Shown: one piece after another, positions 27,335-40,918 of the stretch
How the letters are laid out: each line of letters opens with the position of its first letter
Position numbering within the stretch: the first letter of the stretch is position 1
Source of the DNA: Octopus vulgaris
Lineage: Eukaryota
Length of the DNA: 64,000 nt
Assembly: GCA_951406725.2 (NCBI GenBank)
Contig: OX597816.1
Coordinates: forward strand, 71,920,001-71,984,000
Direction: 5' to 3'
The notes under the pieces: generated by a model
Database searches by the model: none
What the model was told of the DNA's origin: nothing
The model's input: only the letters and a program-made list of their open reading frames with translations
Program-made: the position numbers and the translations under genes

Positions 27335-27812
27335 AAGACCTCTTTCAGACATGAATAACCATGAATTGCACCTAGGAAGTTCCCCTCTGTGGCACAAGTC
27401 AAGGTAAGGTTGTTTATGGAAGACCAGCAGTTGCCCATGCATACCAGCCTCCTCTCTCCACACCACCGATTTTATCCAAGGGAAAGGCAAAGGGGCCGAT
27501 ACAGCTTGGCCCCAATGCTGTTGCAATTCATTTCTACAGCTGAGTGAACTGCAGCAATGTGAAAATAAAGTGTCTTACTCAAGAATACAACACACATCCC
27601 AATGGAATAAGTACTAAGCTATCCTGGGGCGATTTCTTCTGTTAAAAAACCCTTCAAGGTGGTGCTCCAGCATGACCATGGTCAAATGACTGACACAAAT
27701 AAACAGATAAAAGAAAGCACAAATTTTGTGGTGAGGGGTCCCAGTCCAGGAATTGAACTCACTACCTCATTACTGTGAGACCGATGCTCTAACCATTGAG
27801 CGATATGCCTTC
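27335..27812 (-). mobile_element. tRNA-derived SINE, family E (second copy ~55110-55607)
   Basis: Two alignable copies; head on the minus strand with GCTCA.TGGTTAGAGC and GAGTTCAATTCC boxes. Confidence 0.75.
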
Positions 27813-29019
27813 AGATATATTACTTTTGCTTCTAGCATGTACTGTGGAACACAGCCTTTATCACCAGGTACCTGAGATCTATGATTTTGCACCCTTCCAT
27901 TTGTATGCTTTTATCATTGATCTTTCTTTGATATGTGTCTGCTATATCCATGATGAATCGTTTTCTGCCTTCTTTTTTACTTCATGAATCCCTTCCTTTA
28001 CTGCCCTTCCCTTCTAATTTTGATTCCAGCCAGTTAAGGACAAAGTGGACCTAGCCACAAATCCACTACAACCTACCTCTACTAGGAACACTGTACACTA
28101 CCCTCCATATGCTTCACATTCTCACACAACACATACATATATATATATACATGCATACACACACATGCCCATTCACACACATATATGTGTGTGTGTGTGT
28201 ATTTATGTATGTATACACACACACTATAGAGAGAGTGTGTGGCTGAGGTCGACTTAGCCTTTCATCCTTTCAGGATCGATAAAATAGGTACCAGTTGAGC
28301 ACTGGGGTTGGGGTAATCGATTAGCTCCCTCCCTCCCCCACAAAATTTGTGTATTCTTTTACTTGTTTCAGTCATTTGACTATGGCCATGCTGGAGCACT
28401 ACCTTACAGGGGTTTTATAGTTGCAAAAAAAAACAAAAAAAGAAAGAAAAATCGACCCCAGGACTTATTCTTTGTAAGCCTAGTACTTATTTCATTGGAC
28501 TCTTGTGACGAACTGCTAAGCTACAGGGACGTTAACACACCAACATCGGTTGCCAAGCGATGGTAGGGGGACAAACACAGACATATGAAAATATATATAT
28601 ACGATGAGTTTCTTTCAGTTTCCGTCTATCAAATCCACTTACACGGCTGTGGTCGGCCCAAAGCTATAGTAGAAGACACTTGCCCAAGGTGTCACGCAGT
28701 GGGACTGAACCTGGAAGCATGCGGTTGCGAAGAAAGCTTCTTACCACACAGCCACACTTGCGCATAGAAGAAAGGACTGCTGTTATCATTATTAACTGTC
28801 TGCTATCACTTCGCTCTCTACTCTCTATGAAAAGAAGATACCTGACCAGAATAATAATGATTTATTGCTTGAATCACTCACAACTAACGCTCTTTAACTA
28901 CTACTTACTTATACAACTAGTGACATACATATTAAACATAACTATTAATATTGCAACCTTCGCCATAGGCTTTGTCGGAGTTATCTCCCTTAACCTTTTT
29001 ATTATTTAACTTATCGCTA

Positions 29020-29615
29020 AGGCGGCGAGCTGGCAGAATCGTTAGCGCGCCGGTCAAAATGCTTAGCGGTATTTCGTCTGCCGCTACGTTCTGAGTTCAA
29101 ATTCCGCCGAGGTCGACTTTGCCTTTCATCCTTTCGGGGTCGATTAAATAAGTACCAGTTACTCACTGGGGTCGATATAATCGACTTAATCAGTTTGTCT
29201 GTCCTTGTTTATCCTCTCTGTGTTTAGCCCCTTGTGGATAATAAAGAAATAGGTATTTCGTCTGCCGTTACGTTCTGAGTTGAAATTCCGCCGAAGCTGA
29301 CTTTGCCTTTCGGGGTCAATAAATTAAGCACCAGTTACGCACTGGGGTCGATGTAATCGACTTAATCCCTTTGTTTGTCCCCTCTATGTTTAGCCTTTGT
29401 GGGCAATAAAGAAATAAGAAACGTTAGCAGGCCAAATGAAATGCATAGTGGTATTTCGTCAGTCTTTACGTTGTAAGTTCAAATTTCGCCAAGGTCGACT
29501 TTGACTTTCGTCCTTTCGGGGTCGATAAATTAAGTACCAGTTCTGTATTAGGGTCGATCTAATCGACTGGCCCCCTCCCCCAAAATTTCGGGCCTTGTGC
29601 CTGGAGTAGAAAAGA
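29020..29615 (+). mobile_element. tRNA-derived SINE, family B (Deu/Nin-like core), here as three partial tandem units. Other copies ~16124-16325, 41090-41305, 43330-43575(-), 46410-46615(-), 48953-49143, 52990-53150(-), 58199-58385, 60965-61060(-), 63760-63962(-)
   Basis: GGCGGCGAGCTGGCAGAATCGTTAGC...GAGTTCAAATTCC head and GCCTTTCATCCTTTCGGGGTCGAT.AAATAAGTACC core, recurring about ten times. Confidence 0.85.
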
Positions 29616-32600
29616 TTATTTAACTTATCACTTGTTGACATGATTGTTTAGCCCCAGGCAACCTTAATCCAGTTGACGAATGATTAAAATTGTCAATACT
29701 GAACACGGATGAGGTATTCAGCAGTGACACACACCACAGATCTTTTGTGACTTGTGCCTCAGAAAGGAACTTTCTAGGTATAATCTCATGATCATTCATG
29801 ACACCAAAATCTTTTATGTGCTTAGGGTCTCTATGGGTCTTAATCTTACCTTTTGTATGACTTAACCTTTTGGTATTTAAACCAACCATCCAGCCTAAAT
29901 ATTTAGCAACTTTTATGCTCAAACCAGCCAGATTCAGCCTCTTATACCTACCCTACAATATCATTCTGACACTAAACAATCTCTTCATTGAAATCCCAAA
30001 GCTATGAGATAATCCATGATTAATTTATAACAATGTGAATAAAAAATACATTACATTTGACACTCTCAGAGTGGTTGGCGTTAAGGAAGGGCATACAGCT
30101 GTAGAAACTCTGCCAAATCAAGATTGGAGCCTGGTGCAGCCATCTGGTTCGCCAGCCCTCAGTCAAAATCGTCCAACCCATGCTAGCATGGAAAGCAGAT
30201 GTTAAACGATGATGATGATGATTTGGCAGAGCAATCTGAATGCTAAAGGGTTAAGGGACATGTAGCTGCTATTTCTAGCAAATTAAAAGACACTAAAGAA
30301 ACTCTCTCTTGTTTGGTCAGTTTCTTGTGTTATTATGTGTGTGTGTGTATATGAGTTGTACTCAGGAAGAATTCCATGAAAAGAATGTCCTCTACAGACT
30401 AGTATGACAATCAACTTCACTCCATATTGTCAACAATCTACTTCAGCAAGGCATTGATATTTATTCCACCATACTCCTGCCTGTTATATGTCTGGTGTAT
30501 GTAGAGACTTGCACTTGATTACACCAGATCTGTCAGTTCCTGTACACATGCACAAACCCACACACATATAGATATATACATGCTTACTTACAAATGTGTG
30601 TGTGTGTGTTTGGCATGTCTGTGTGTATGTTTATGACTGTATATATTCACACTTGTAAAATATGCATGGTTATATATATGTATATATATAACTTCAGTTC
30701 ATTAGTCACCAGCAGATCCATAAGTGTAAAGCAAAATTTTGTCTGAATGTAGAATGCTCATAATTGTCGGGAACGTGAAACTCAGAGTATAGAAAAATAC
30801 ATATTAATCCCTATTTTTGTAAGCAGTTGTGTGTATGTAGTATGTTTTTATTTTTGTATGAAGTATAAATTAACCAAAGAGAAGCACATGCATGAACTTC
30901 TAATTTAACAGTAAATGCCACAATAATTATTATAGAAAAATTTCTTAATCACCATTATCATCGTTTAACGTCCGCTTTCCATGCTAGCATGGGTTGGATG
31001 AATAACTGAGGGCTGGTGAACCAGATGGCTGCACCAGGCTTCAATCTTGATCACATCAGATCATCAAACCATCAGCTGGATGCCCTTCCTAAAGTCAACC
31101 ACTCTGAGTGTATTGGGTGCATTTACGTGCCACCGGCACGGGGCCAGTCAGGCAGTACTGGCAACGACCTTGCTCAAATCTTTTACACATACCACCGGCA
31201 CAGGTGCCGGTAAGGCGATTCTGGTAACAATCACACTCGAATGGTGCTGCCTAAGTGCCACTGGCACAGAAGCCGGTTAGCCGCTCTGTCAATGATCACA
31301 CTCGTATGGTGCTCTTTAACCCCGCTCGCACAGACGCCAGTCATCGAAAATTGATTTTGATATATATATATATATATATATAAACACATGTATTAAATGT
31401 TAATTTAAGGGTAAATATGTAACTGTAAATACCTTGCAACCTTACAAATGCTGCGATAATGATTAACTGGTAATTGAACAGTAAATGTGTATTTTTGTAT
31501 ACCTTGGGCCTGCCACCTCATTTTTCGTCAAGAGTTTCACCTCCAGCCATTCGTTATGTCAGTCAACACATACACTGACACACCATTCTGCTGTGGTGGC
31601 CATAAAGTTGCAGATGTGTAATTTTGCTCACATTAGGCTGTAAATTATTCATTTATTTCAAATATAATAGAAATAAGATGATCTTAATGATTTTAAATTA
31701 GAATTAAAAGTGAAAGAATGAAAGTTAAACAATATCATAGAGGCAACCCAATTTTAGAATGCCTAAGGAACATAAGCACACACACACACACACACACAAA
31801 CCCTCTCTCTCACTTTTAGAACATGGATAAGGTATGAAACATCAGCATTTCTGTTACCCACTATCCCTGTCTTTCTTCTACCATAGAAATTTGTTTTCTG
31901 TCTCCATATGAAATGGACCTATTTCTGTGAGTGAGAGACAGAAAGAGAGAAAGCATGAAGTCCCTCGATGGGTCAGCTCATCAAATCGTCCAACCCATGC
32001 CAGCATGGAAAACGGACGTGAAATGATGATATATATATGTATATACACATACATATTTATGTCGATATGAAGTGCAATGCTTGATCACATCAGATCATCA
32101 AATCCATGCTGGCAAAGATCATGGATGTTAAATGATGAGATGTGTATGAATACATATATATGTTCCTTTTTTGTATCACCTGCCTGGCTGTTTAGCGTTC
32201 TTGTCCCATTTTTGTATTTTTATATATAAAAAGTATAGCGGCATATGTACACTTTGATCTCTTATATGTAAATATATAGATATATCTAAATTTTGCACAA
32301 CTCTACTATTCTTTCATTCTATCCTTCTATCAGCCCCTTCACACTTTGTTCATTCCACTCTTCTTTTGTTCTTCTCTCACATTTCCTGGCCTTCTCTTCT
32401 TGCTCACCTTCCCTCTGTCCCTTTCATTTTTCTCTCGCTCCTCCTTAATTCTTCTATCCCTCTGCCTCTACCTCTCTCTCTTCTCTCACCAAGTGACCGG
32501 TGTTCGGCCAAGCCTGACTTTTCTTCCTTGGTTTGACTACCATCCATGCAACATCTATTTTCCCCTGTGCTTGTCAAATCCTATGTCCTATGCAGTAAGG

Positions 32601-33409
32601 CTTTACTTCCACACACGCCAGCTTACTTTAATTCGTCCTTAGTCAAAAGGCACCCATTGTTGCCCTGTTATTTGTATTTATGTACCATTTCTCCGGTTTT
32701 TTTTCCCCCGTTCTTATTTTTGCATACATTCGCTGCTTTCTTCCAAGGATTCTAGTGCTCTTAGCTTAGTTTTTCCATGGGGCTGGCCAGATTGGAGCAA
32801 TCTCTAGCATAACCAGCCAAAATTGCAAAGATAATCTGGAACTCGAATGACCCATCCTTTTTTTTCTTTGTATCATGTCTGAATGTTTTGTTGTCCGTCC
32901 CTTTTCTGTATCACCCAACTGTCTGGATGTTTTGCGTTCTTGTCCCATCTTTGTATTTTTTTATATATAAAAATATACATATATATAACAATATATATAA
33001 TGCATATATATGTATGTGTATGAATGTGAGTTTGCATATCGTTAGTACACAATTATAGAAAATCTCTATGTTGAATACAGAGTATTTTGTAAATGGGTTT
33101 TAATGCTTACATTGTTCTGTTCTGTTTTATACCAATCGTTGTTTTAGCAAAGCAAATGTTTGTTCAGGTTTGTCAGAAGAGTTACAACCTCTCCAATGAG
33201 CTTAAACAAACGTTCAGTACAAAGAGGTAAGCAACAGATGGTGGTAGTTGGAAGTGATAGCACAACAGCCAGTACGACATGCTTAACCCCTTTCATCACT
33301 TCTGTTCCAAATCTATTTATCAAAAGTTTTCCAGCCATGACTATCCCAACTTTACTGATATTACACCAGCATGAAAAATGGATTTTAAATGATGATGATG
33401 ATGATTTAA

Positions 33410-33987
33410 CCCTTTAGCATTTAAACCAGCTATATCTGACCCCAATGTTCTACCTTACTATATTATCAGACCAGTCAGATCCAGCCTCTCACACAATCAT
33501 CGTTTTACGTCTGCTTTCCATGCTAGCATGGGTTGGACGATTTGACTGAGGACTGGCAAACCAGATGGCTGCACCAGGCTCCAATCTTCATCTGGCAGAG
33601 TTTCTACAGCTGGATGTCCTTCCAAACGCCAACCACTCCAAGAGTTTAGTGGATGATTTTATGTGCCACCGACATGAAGGCCAGTCAGGCGGTACTGGCA
33701 ACGGCCACTCTCAAATGGTGTTTTTTTTATGTGCCACCATCATTGAAATCTCAAAGCTATGACAAACAAATCCTACTGGAAACACTACCTCTGCTTTGCT
33801 AAGGCTGCATCATCAGTACTGGCAATGACCTCACTCAAATCTTTTACACATGCCACCGGCACAGGTGCCAGTAAGGCGATGCTGGTAACGATAACGCTCG
33901 AATGGTGTTTTTTACGTGCCACCAACACGGACGCCAGATAGCCACTCTAAGCATTACATCTGACAGAATAACCAGAATACTAAAGGG
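33410..33987. mobile_element. piggyBac-type MITE (~210-bp family) with nested RTE tails. Other copies 29866-30250, ~38275-38494, ~41570-41784, 44420-44628, 48821-49215
   Basis: TTAA|CCCTTTAGCATT ... AATACTAAAGGG|TTAA, i.e. CCC-starting TIRs and TTAA target sites. Confidence 0.85.
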
Positions 33988-34839
33988 TTAAAGTCTTTTC
34001 TTTGGATGAAAGTGATTTGAGAGAGATGAGGCTGCTATTTCAAGTAAGTCACACAAGTGGCATATTTTATTCATCTTCTGTTGGGCTGTGACCACACTGG
34101 AGCACCACCTTCAACTATTTAGTAAAACAAAACTCTAGTACATTTTTTTTTTCACGTTTGGTCTGCTGGTCTACATTTGACAAATTGCTAAGTTACTGAC
34201 ATGTAAACAAACAACACCAACTGACATGCATCGTTGGAGTACAAACACACACGTAGATATAAAAAGCTTCAGACATTGGGATACAATTTTAGATATATTA
34301 GGATGTGCTTTTACCAGGAAAAGAGATCCTCAGTGTTAATGAACTGCATTCAGAGCAATTACAAGGGCTGTAGTTGTGAGCTTCCATAATTAAAGCTGGT
34401 GTAGTACAGAGATTCTCAAAGTGGACGTTACCATTCCCAAAGGGTGTTAGGATATAGAGGCCAGTGAGGTAACATAATTACTATACTAAACTTCAACAAT
34501 AGTAGTAATTATACATGATAAAACTAGTAATGGTTATTAAAATAAAATGAGATCTCATCAGGGACAGGTAAGTCATTAACCTGCAATGTATAAAGTAAAT
34601 TTTACAACATTTGACTTTATTAATTATCATTTCACTGTTAAAAGCTTATACAATCCACTTTTAGAGTAAAATTTATAAATTATCTTCCATGTTGAATTTG
34701 TTTAGTCTATGATTCCACACTCATCACTTAAGTGGGGGCTAGGCATAACAAATACTTCAAAAGAGAGAGCACTATGAAAAACAAGGTTAAAAAACCACTC
34801 GGGTAGTATAATGTCTTCATATGGATAACAGGTTTTCCT

Positions 34840-35170
34840 AAGACACAAGGCTGGCATGTCTCCAACAGAAGATAACTCTGAGATTTGTTCATTGAACTGG
34901 TTTGAGTTTGGAATGTGATGTCTAGGTTAAGGAGAACGAGGTTAGTGCTACTGGCATAAGTGCATGCATTGTTGGACATGGCAGCAAGTAAACCATTGAT
35001 ATACAGAATGAAGAGAGTAGAGAATAAAACTGAACCCTGGGGTTCGGTTTTAAGAGGTTGACAAAATGAGGAACAGAGTTCAATTAATACATACATAAAG
35101 TGATAGTGTGAGCTGATTAGGAGTTACTGATCTAAGGGATAAGAGATAGGTGGAACTGAAGGCTGCCAGT
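34840..35170 (-). mobile_element. CR1/Jockey-like LINE reverse-transcriptase fragment
   Basis: PQGSVLFSTLFILYINGLL....TYA matches RT motif B (GVPQGSVLSP.LF.LYINDL). Confidence 0.75.
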
Positions 35171-37477
35171 TCATCATCATCATCGTTTAATGTCCGTTTT
35201 CCATGCTAGATTGGGTTTGACGGTTCGATCAGGGTCTGGGAAGCCAGGAGGCTGCACCAGGCTCCAGTCTGATCTGGCAATGTTTCTACAGCTGGATGCC
35301 CTTCCTAACGCCAACCACTCCGTGAGTGTAGTGGATGCTTTTTGCATACCAAGCAATGGCATCACAATCTGATGGAGTGAATCCATCTCCGTGTTGGAAT
35401 ACCATAGTATGTGCAGGCTTTCTCATTTGTTCACTCACTGGACTGCAGCCATGCTGGTGCATCACCTTGAAAAGACTACTCAGACCCAATATTTATTTTT
35501 AAGCCCTGTACTTATTCCATCAATCTTGTTTGTCAAACTGCCAAGTCATAGGAATATAAACAAACACAGGTTGTCAAGCAGTTGTGAGGAACACATACAA
35601 CAGGTTTCACACAGTTTCCGTCTACCAAGCTCACTCACAAAGCTCTGGTTGGCCCGGATTCATTGCCAAAGACACTTGCCCAAGGTGCTGTGTAATGGGA
35701 CTGAACCTGAAAGCAAGTGGTGAGCTTCTTAAGCACACAGCCAGAACATCATCATCATTGTCTAACGTCCGCTTTCCATGCTAGCATGGGTTGGACGAAT
35801 GACTGAGAGCTGGCAAACCAGATGGCTGCACCAGGCTTCAATCTTGATCTGGCAGAGTTTCTACAGCTGGATGCCCTTCCTAACGCCAACCACTCCGAAA
35901 GTGTAGTGGTTGCTTTTATGTGCCAGTGAGGCGGTACTGGCAACGACCTTGCTCGAATCTTTTACACATGCCACCGGCACAGGTGCCATTAAGGTGATGC
36001 TGGTAACGATCACGCTCAAATGGTGTCTACGTGCCACCGGCACGGAAAACAAGGTATTTCATTTTTTTTAGGCAAACTAGTTGCCCACGTTCTCAGCAAT
36101 ATTGTATCAATGCACAAAATGTTGTTTTTACCTGTTGGCTTTATTTTAAAAATCTATTACCGTTTGTATTGAATTTTTTCACTATAGTCTATTGGAGTTA
36201 CCTCCCTTACACTTTTTTTTTTCTTTTTAAAGATTACATATGTCTTGGCTGATAGCATAAATTATTTTAATTCTCAGCTCCTCTAGATCACGGTGCCGTT
36301 TAAATATTCTGCTAAGAACTCATGTCCAATTTGATACATTAAATTCTCAGCAATAATCCATGATGGTGAATTCGTTTTCCTTCACTTAAAATTATGCTTA
36401 ATGTTATACCTAACTTATAAGGAAATGATTTTACCATCAGTGATATTCAACTCAGTAAAATGCCAAACTGGAGACCTAACATTATTCAGTATACTTTACT
36501 GACTAGAAGTACCACCAACATCAACTGAAAATTTCCCACTTTTCTGGGGTCGATTAAATACTAAAAATAAGTCCAGTGGTAGTACTCTTTTACTTGTTTC
36601 AGTCATTTGACTGTGGCTATGCTGGAGTACTGCCTTTAGTCAAGCAAATCGACCCCAGGACTTATTCTTTGTAAGCCTAGTACCTATTCTATCAGTCTCT
36701 TTTGCCAAACCGCTAAGTTACGGGGACTTAAACACACCAGCATCGATTGTCAAGCGATGTTGGGTGGACAAACAGACACACACACATATATACGACAGGC
36801 TTCTTTCAGTTTCCGTCTACCAAATCCACTCACAAGGCTTTGGTCGACCCGAGGCTATAGTAGGTAGAAGACACTTGCCCAAGGTGCCACGCAGTGGGAC
36901 TGAACCCGGAACCATGTGGTTCGTAAACAAGCTACTTACCACACAGCCACTCCTACTGAACTAAAAAAATATTGGCCAATGTGCACATAAGTCAATATTT
37001 GAATATTATAACTTGTTTTAAAATGAGACAAAATTTAGCCAGTATTTTGAGGTATAACTAGATTGTTTACTAGAGAAGCAATAAGTCACAGGTTTTATTT
37101 AGGATTCAAATCAGGCCATACAACCATCGTTGTTCAAGGTTCATATGGGGTCACACAGAATTCATTGAGGAAGATTTTCTGCAGTGGGATGCCCTTACTG
37201 TTGTCAACACTTATTTTTAAAATCACAAGTTGTCAAGACAAGACACACCAGGCTTCCTTCACTTTTCATTTACTAAATCCAGCCATGCAGCTTTAGCTGA
37301 CCCAGGGCTATAGTTGATGCACAGTGAGACATGGGTCTTGTCTTGATGTAAGAGAAGAAAAATATCACAAAACACAGAAACAAGAATGTTGTTCGTATTG
37401 AAAACAAGAGACATTTCAACATGGCACCTCACAGATCTGATATATTTATAGTCGAAAACTATATAAATATGGTCAAA

Positions 37478-37483
37478 TTTATT
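37478..37483 (-). terminator. Probable NACA polyadenylation signal AATAAA
   Basis: TTTATT on the + strand ~120 nt after the stop, followed on the minus strand by T/GT-rich sequence. Confidence 0.6.
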
Positions 37484-37602
37484 GTTTAAGAACTGTACAG
37501 AGAGAAAGGCGAAATAATAGGAGACATAGTAGAAAGCAAAGTTTAAAAAAAAACTGCCAACATATTTAAGGTAACATTTATGCAGATGTTATACAGGTTT
37601 CA

Positions 37603-37617
37603 CTACATTGTCAACTC
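37603..37617 (-). CDS. NACA: NACA last coding exon: ELTM-stop (TAG immediately followed by TGA)
   Basis: TTTGCAG|GAG TTG ACA ATG TAG TGA completes the conserved ...VNAIMELTM C-terminus; total 214 aa. Confidence 0.93.
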   Translation of the reverse strand, partial: ELTM

Positions 37618-37947
37618 CTGCAAAGAGAAAAGAAAAACGAAAATTAATAAAGAACAAATGAAGTGACAGTGTTCATGCAAAATGGAAATATAATTTTAAT
37701 CTGAAATCCTAAAGTCAAACATGAAAAAACATCACAACATGTCTGAATGAGATGTAATTTTGCATGGACACATGAAGTAATATCTTTTTAACAACTGGTT
37801 GTCTGCCCTTCCCATCTGCCCCGTTAATAGCATCTCCTATGAATTAAAAGTTCAATTAAACAAGTAACAGAGACTGAATCCAACCGTAACCTTTTAATAT
37901 TCAAATTACTGTTAAATGTAATGCTTTTTTATTCACACTTTTTAAAA

Positions 37948-38144
37948 CAGTGGTTCCCAAACTATGAGTCGTGACCCACAGATGGGTCGCGAACGGAATC
38001 TTAGTGGGTCGAAAAAAGTTATAAAATTACGCATTAGCTTTGATTAACTGCTGTCTATTGAGATAGTTCAAGACTTATAAGTGGTCGTCATAAACTGGTG
38101 TGATAAATAGTGGGTCGCGACTCTAAAAAGTTTGGGAACCACTG
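37948..38144. mobile_element. hAT (Charlie-like) MITE in NACA intron 6
   Basis: TIR CAGTGGTTCCCAAACT / AGTTTGGGAACCACTG; 8-bp TSD TTTTAAAA / CTTTAAAA. Confidence 0.9.
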
Positions 38145-39364
38145 CTTTAAAATCAATAATGTATTATCTCATAACATCAAGATTTCAATGATGCGATTGT
38201 ACGTCTTTCTGAATGAGGCCAATTTTGGACAATTTGAAAATAAAACAGGTAGACTATTTGGGCCAGATATGGTTCCTTTATCATTTAATCCAGCCCAAAT
38301 ATACAAAATGTTTTATGTTAAAACTGACCAGATCCAATCTCTCATACCTACTCTAGAATGTCATTCTACGTATATACAAACACATCATTGAAATCTGGAA
38401 GCTACAAGAGAATATGTGATTAATTCAAAGCAATATGAATAAATAAGCATTACATTTGACAAAGAACTCTAAAGACAAAGAATGCCAAAGGTTTAAAGAA
38501 CTACACAGAGCCATTTACCCAAATTTTAATATTCTTGAATTAGGCACAGGTATGGCTGTGTAGCTGTGAAGTTTCCTTTCCAACTGAGAGCCTCAATGCA
38601 TGGCTATTTGATGAAGTGTTTTCTATAGCCCTAGGCCAACCACAACCTTTCAAGTGGATTTTAAAACTGTCACATATATAGACACAGGTCTATGTGAGTG
38701 TTCATGTCTGTGTTAACGTTTGTGACTGCTTGTACAGAAATGCAATGAGCCGTGCTTCCCCTGCTACTTTGTGCCTTCCTTCAAAGCTTTACGAAAGTCA
38801 AGGTTTAGCATCATGGCAGACGTCCAACTGTAAAACTACTTCAAGTAACATTTTTGTCCAACCTATGAAGGCAGGGAAAAACAGATGTAAAATGATTTTC
38901 AGCCATGGTTTCCCAACTGGTTCTCCTTAGTGTTAAAATCTGTTCAGCAGTTTTTATGTAATCAACTTCATTATGTTGATTTAATTCCTATAGGGTATTA
39001 GTGTTGCTAACCTCATTAAGAGTTAGTTTAATTAAAAACTCATTGAGTGAGTACTGGTGTAATTAGTCCCAATGTGTGCTGATTTAATTAAGTCCCACTG
39101 CCATCACCGATGGCAAAACAAAAAAGATAAATGGTTAGCAGATTTTATACTCAGACTAATAATATTAATGGAAAAGTGAAACATAGATACAGAAAGGAAA
39201 TGAACTCTGACTGCAGATTTTGTTCACCAGTTGCTCACCTTATATACCTAATAACAAAATGTTTAGCAGATTCTCATTCATGCTAATATTAATGAAGCGA
39301 AATGAGACCCAACTGCAGCCTTTGTTCACCAAGAGCTTACTCCCCCCTATATAATATATACCTA

Positions 39365-39628
<264 letters not shown>

Positions 39629-40783
39629 CTATGTTTTGGCACTGGAGAAAGAAATTAAACATACAAAAAATAAGTAGATGCTCAGGGAGGGTGGGCGAGT
39701 GGAGAGACAGAACATTGAAACCTTTTACGTACCAGTGGCACATAGAAAGCACCTTTCAAGTGCTGGGCCTCATGGAAGGAATGACAAATGACTGAGACCT
39801 TTGGCAATATGGCATGCTTGAGAAGACCCATGAAGCCAAGTGAAATTGTAGTCATGGCAAATACTGGTATCATGCAACTGGGACCTGTTACACTCTTGGA
39901 GTGGTTGGCATTAAGAAGGAGGAGTCTGGAGCAGCCCTGGTCAAACCGGTCAACATGGACAATGGACATTAAATGATGCTGAATCAGCAATGCCAACATC
40001 TCACATAAACCACCTCACCATACAGTCAACAGACTTTCCCTCTAATCAATTGTCATGAGGCTATGTAGTCCCAAATACACATTTGAATTACAGATGAACT
40101 GGTCATCGCTAGAACATCTTTGATAATAAGTCTGTTTTTATCTGAGCTGACCAGTAATTCACTGATGTAAAGGAACAACACATTATCAATATCACATAAC
40201 AAGTTATTTATCACCATTTATTAATCTCATTAAATCATTTCACTTCACTTACAATAACATAACTGCAGTGAAAAGAAAGCCATCAAAAATCTAGAAAGCA
40301 GTCTTAGTGCTTTGTGGGTATGTACAATATTAACATCAGCTAGAATTTACTACACTTGACTGGCATTCATGCAGTAAAACCAGGATAGGTGAAGACATGG
40401 CACCTTAGATCTTCTACTATAATCCTGGACCGATCAAAACTTTATGAGTGGATTAGGCAGACAGAAACTGAAAGTCTGCCCATATGTGTGTCTTCTTGTC
40501 TTAACATGATGCAATAGTTGAATAGTTGTTTAAAAAAAAAGGTATCCCCACTGTACAAGGAGTTGCATGCTTGTGAAAAAAACATGTTTGGCAATAGAGA
40601 TATTTACCTTGTTTGGAGACAGGTAAGATTAGGCAATAGAAAGGGCATCTAGCTATAGACAATCTGTCTTAAATTTCATCCAATTTGTGCATAGAGTAGA
40701 CGTTACAATGATGACAATAGACAAAGAAAGAAAACACTTTAATTGGAGTAATCTTTAAAAAAAAAAGAAAAACGTATGTTTAC

Positions 40784-40918
40784 CTCTTCTTCTTCTGATT
40801 CTTCAAGAATTGGTTGAGAAAGAGGATTCTGTGCCCCGTCGGGACATGTGGCTGGGTTCTCTGGTGCTTTAAACTTCTCTGCAGCGGCCATTTGAGCCTG
40901 TTGGCTCAAATCTTCAAT
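40784..40918 (-). CDS. NACA: NACA exon 5: IEDLSQQAQMAAAEKFKAPENPATCPDGAQNPLSQPILEESEEEE
   Basis: IEDLSQQAQ..AAEKFK motif; TTTCAG acceptor, GTAAAC donor, 135 nt. Confidence 0.97.
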
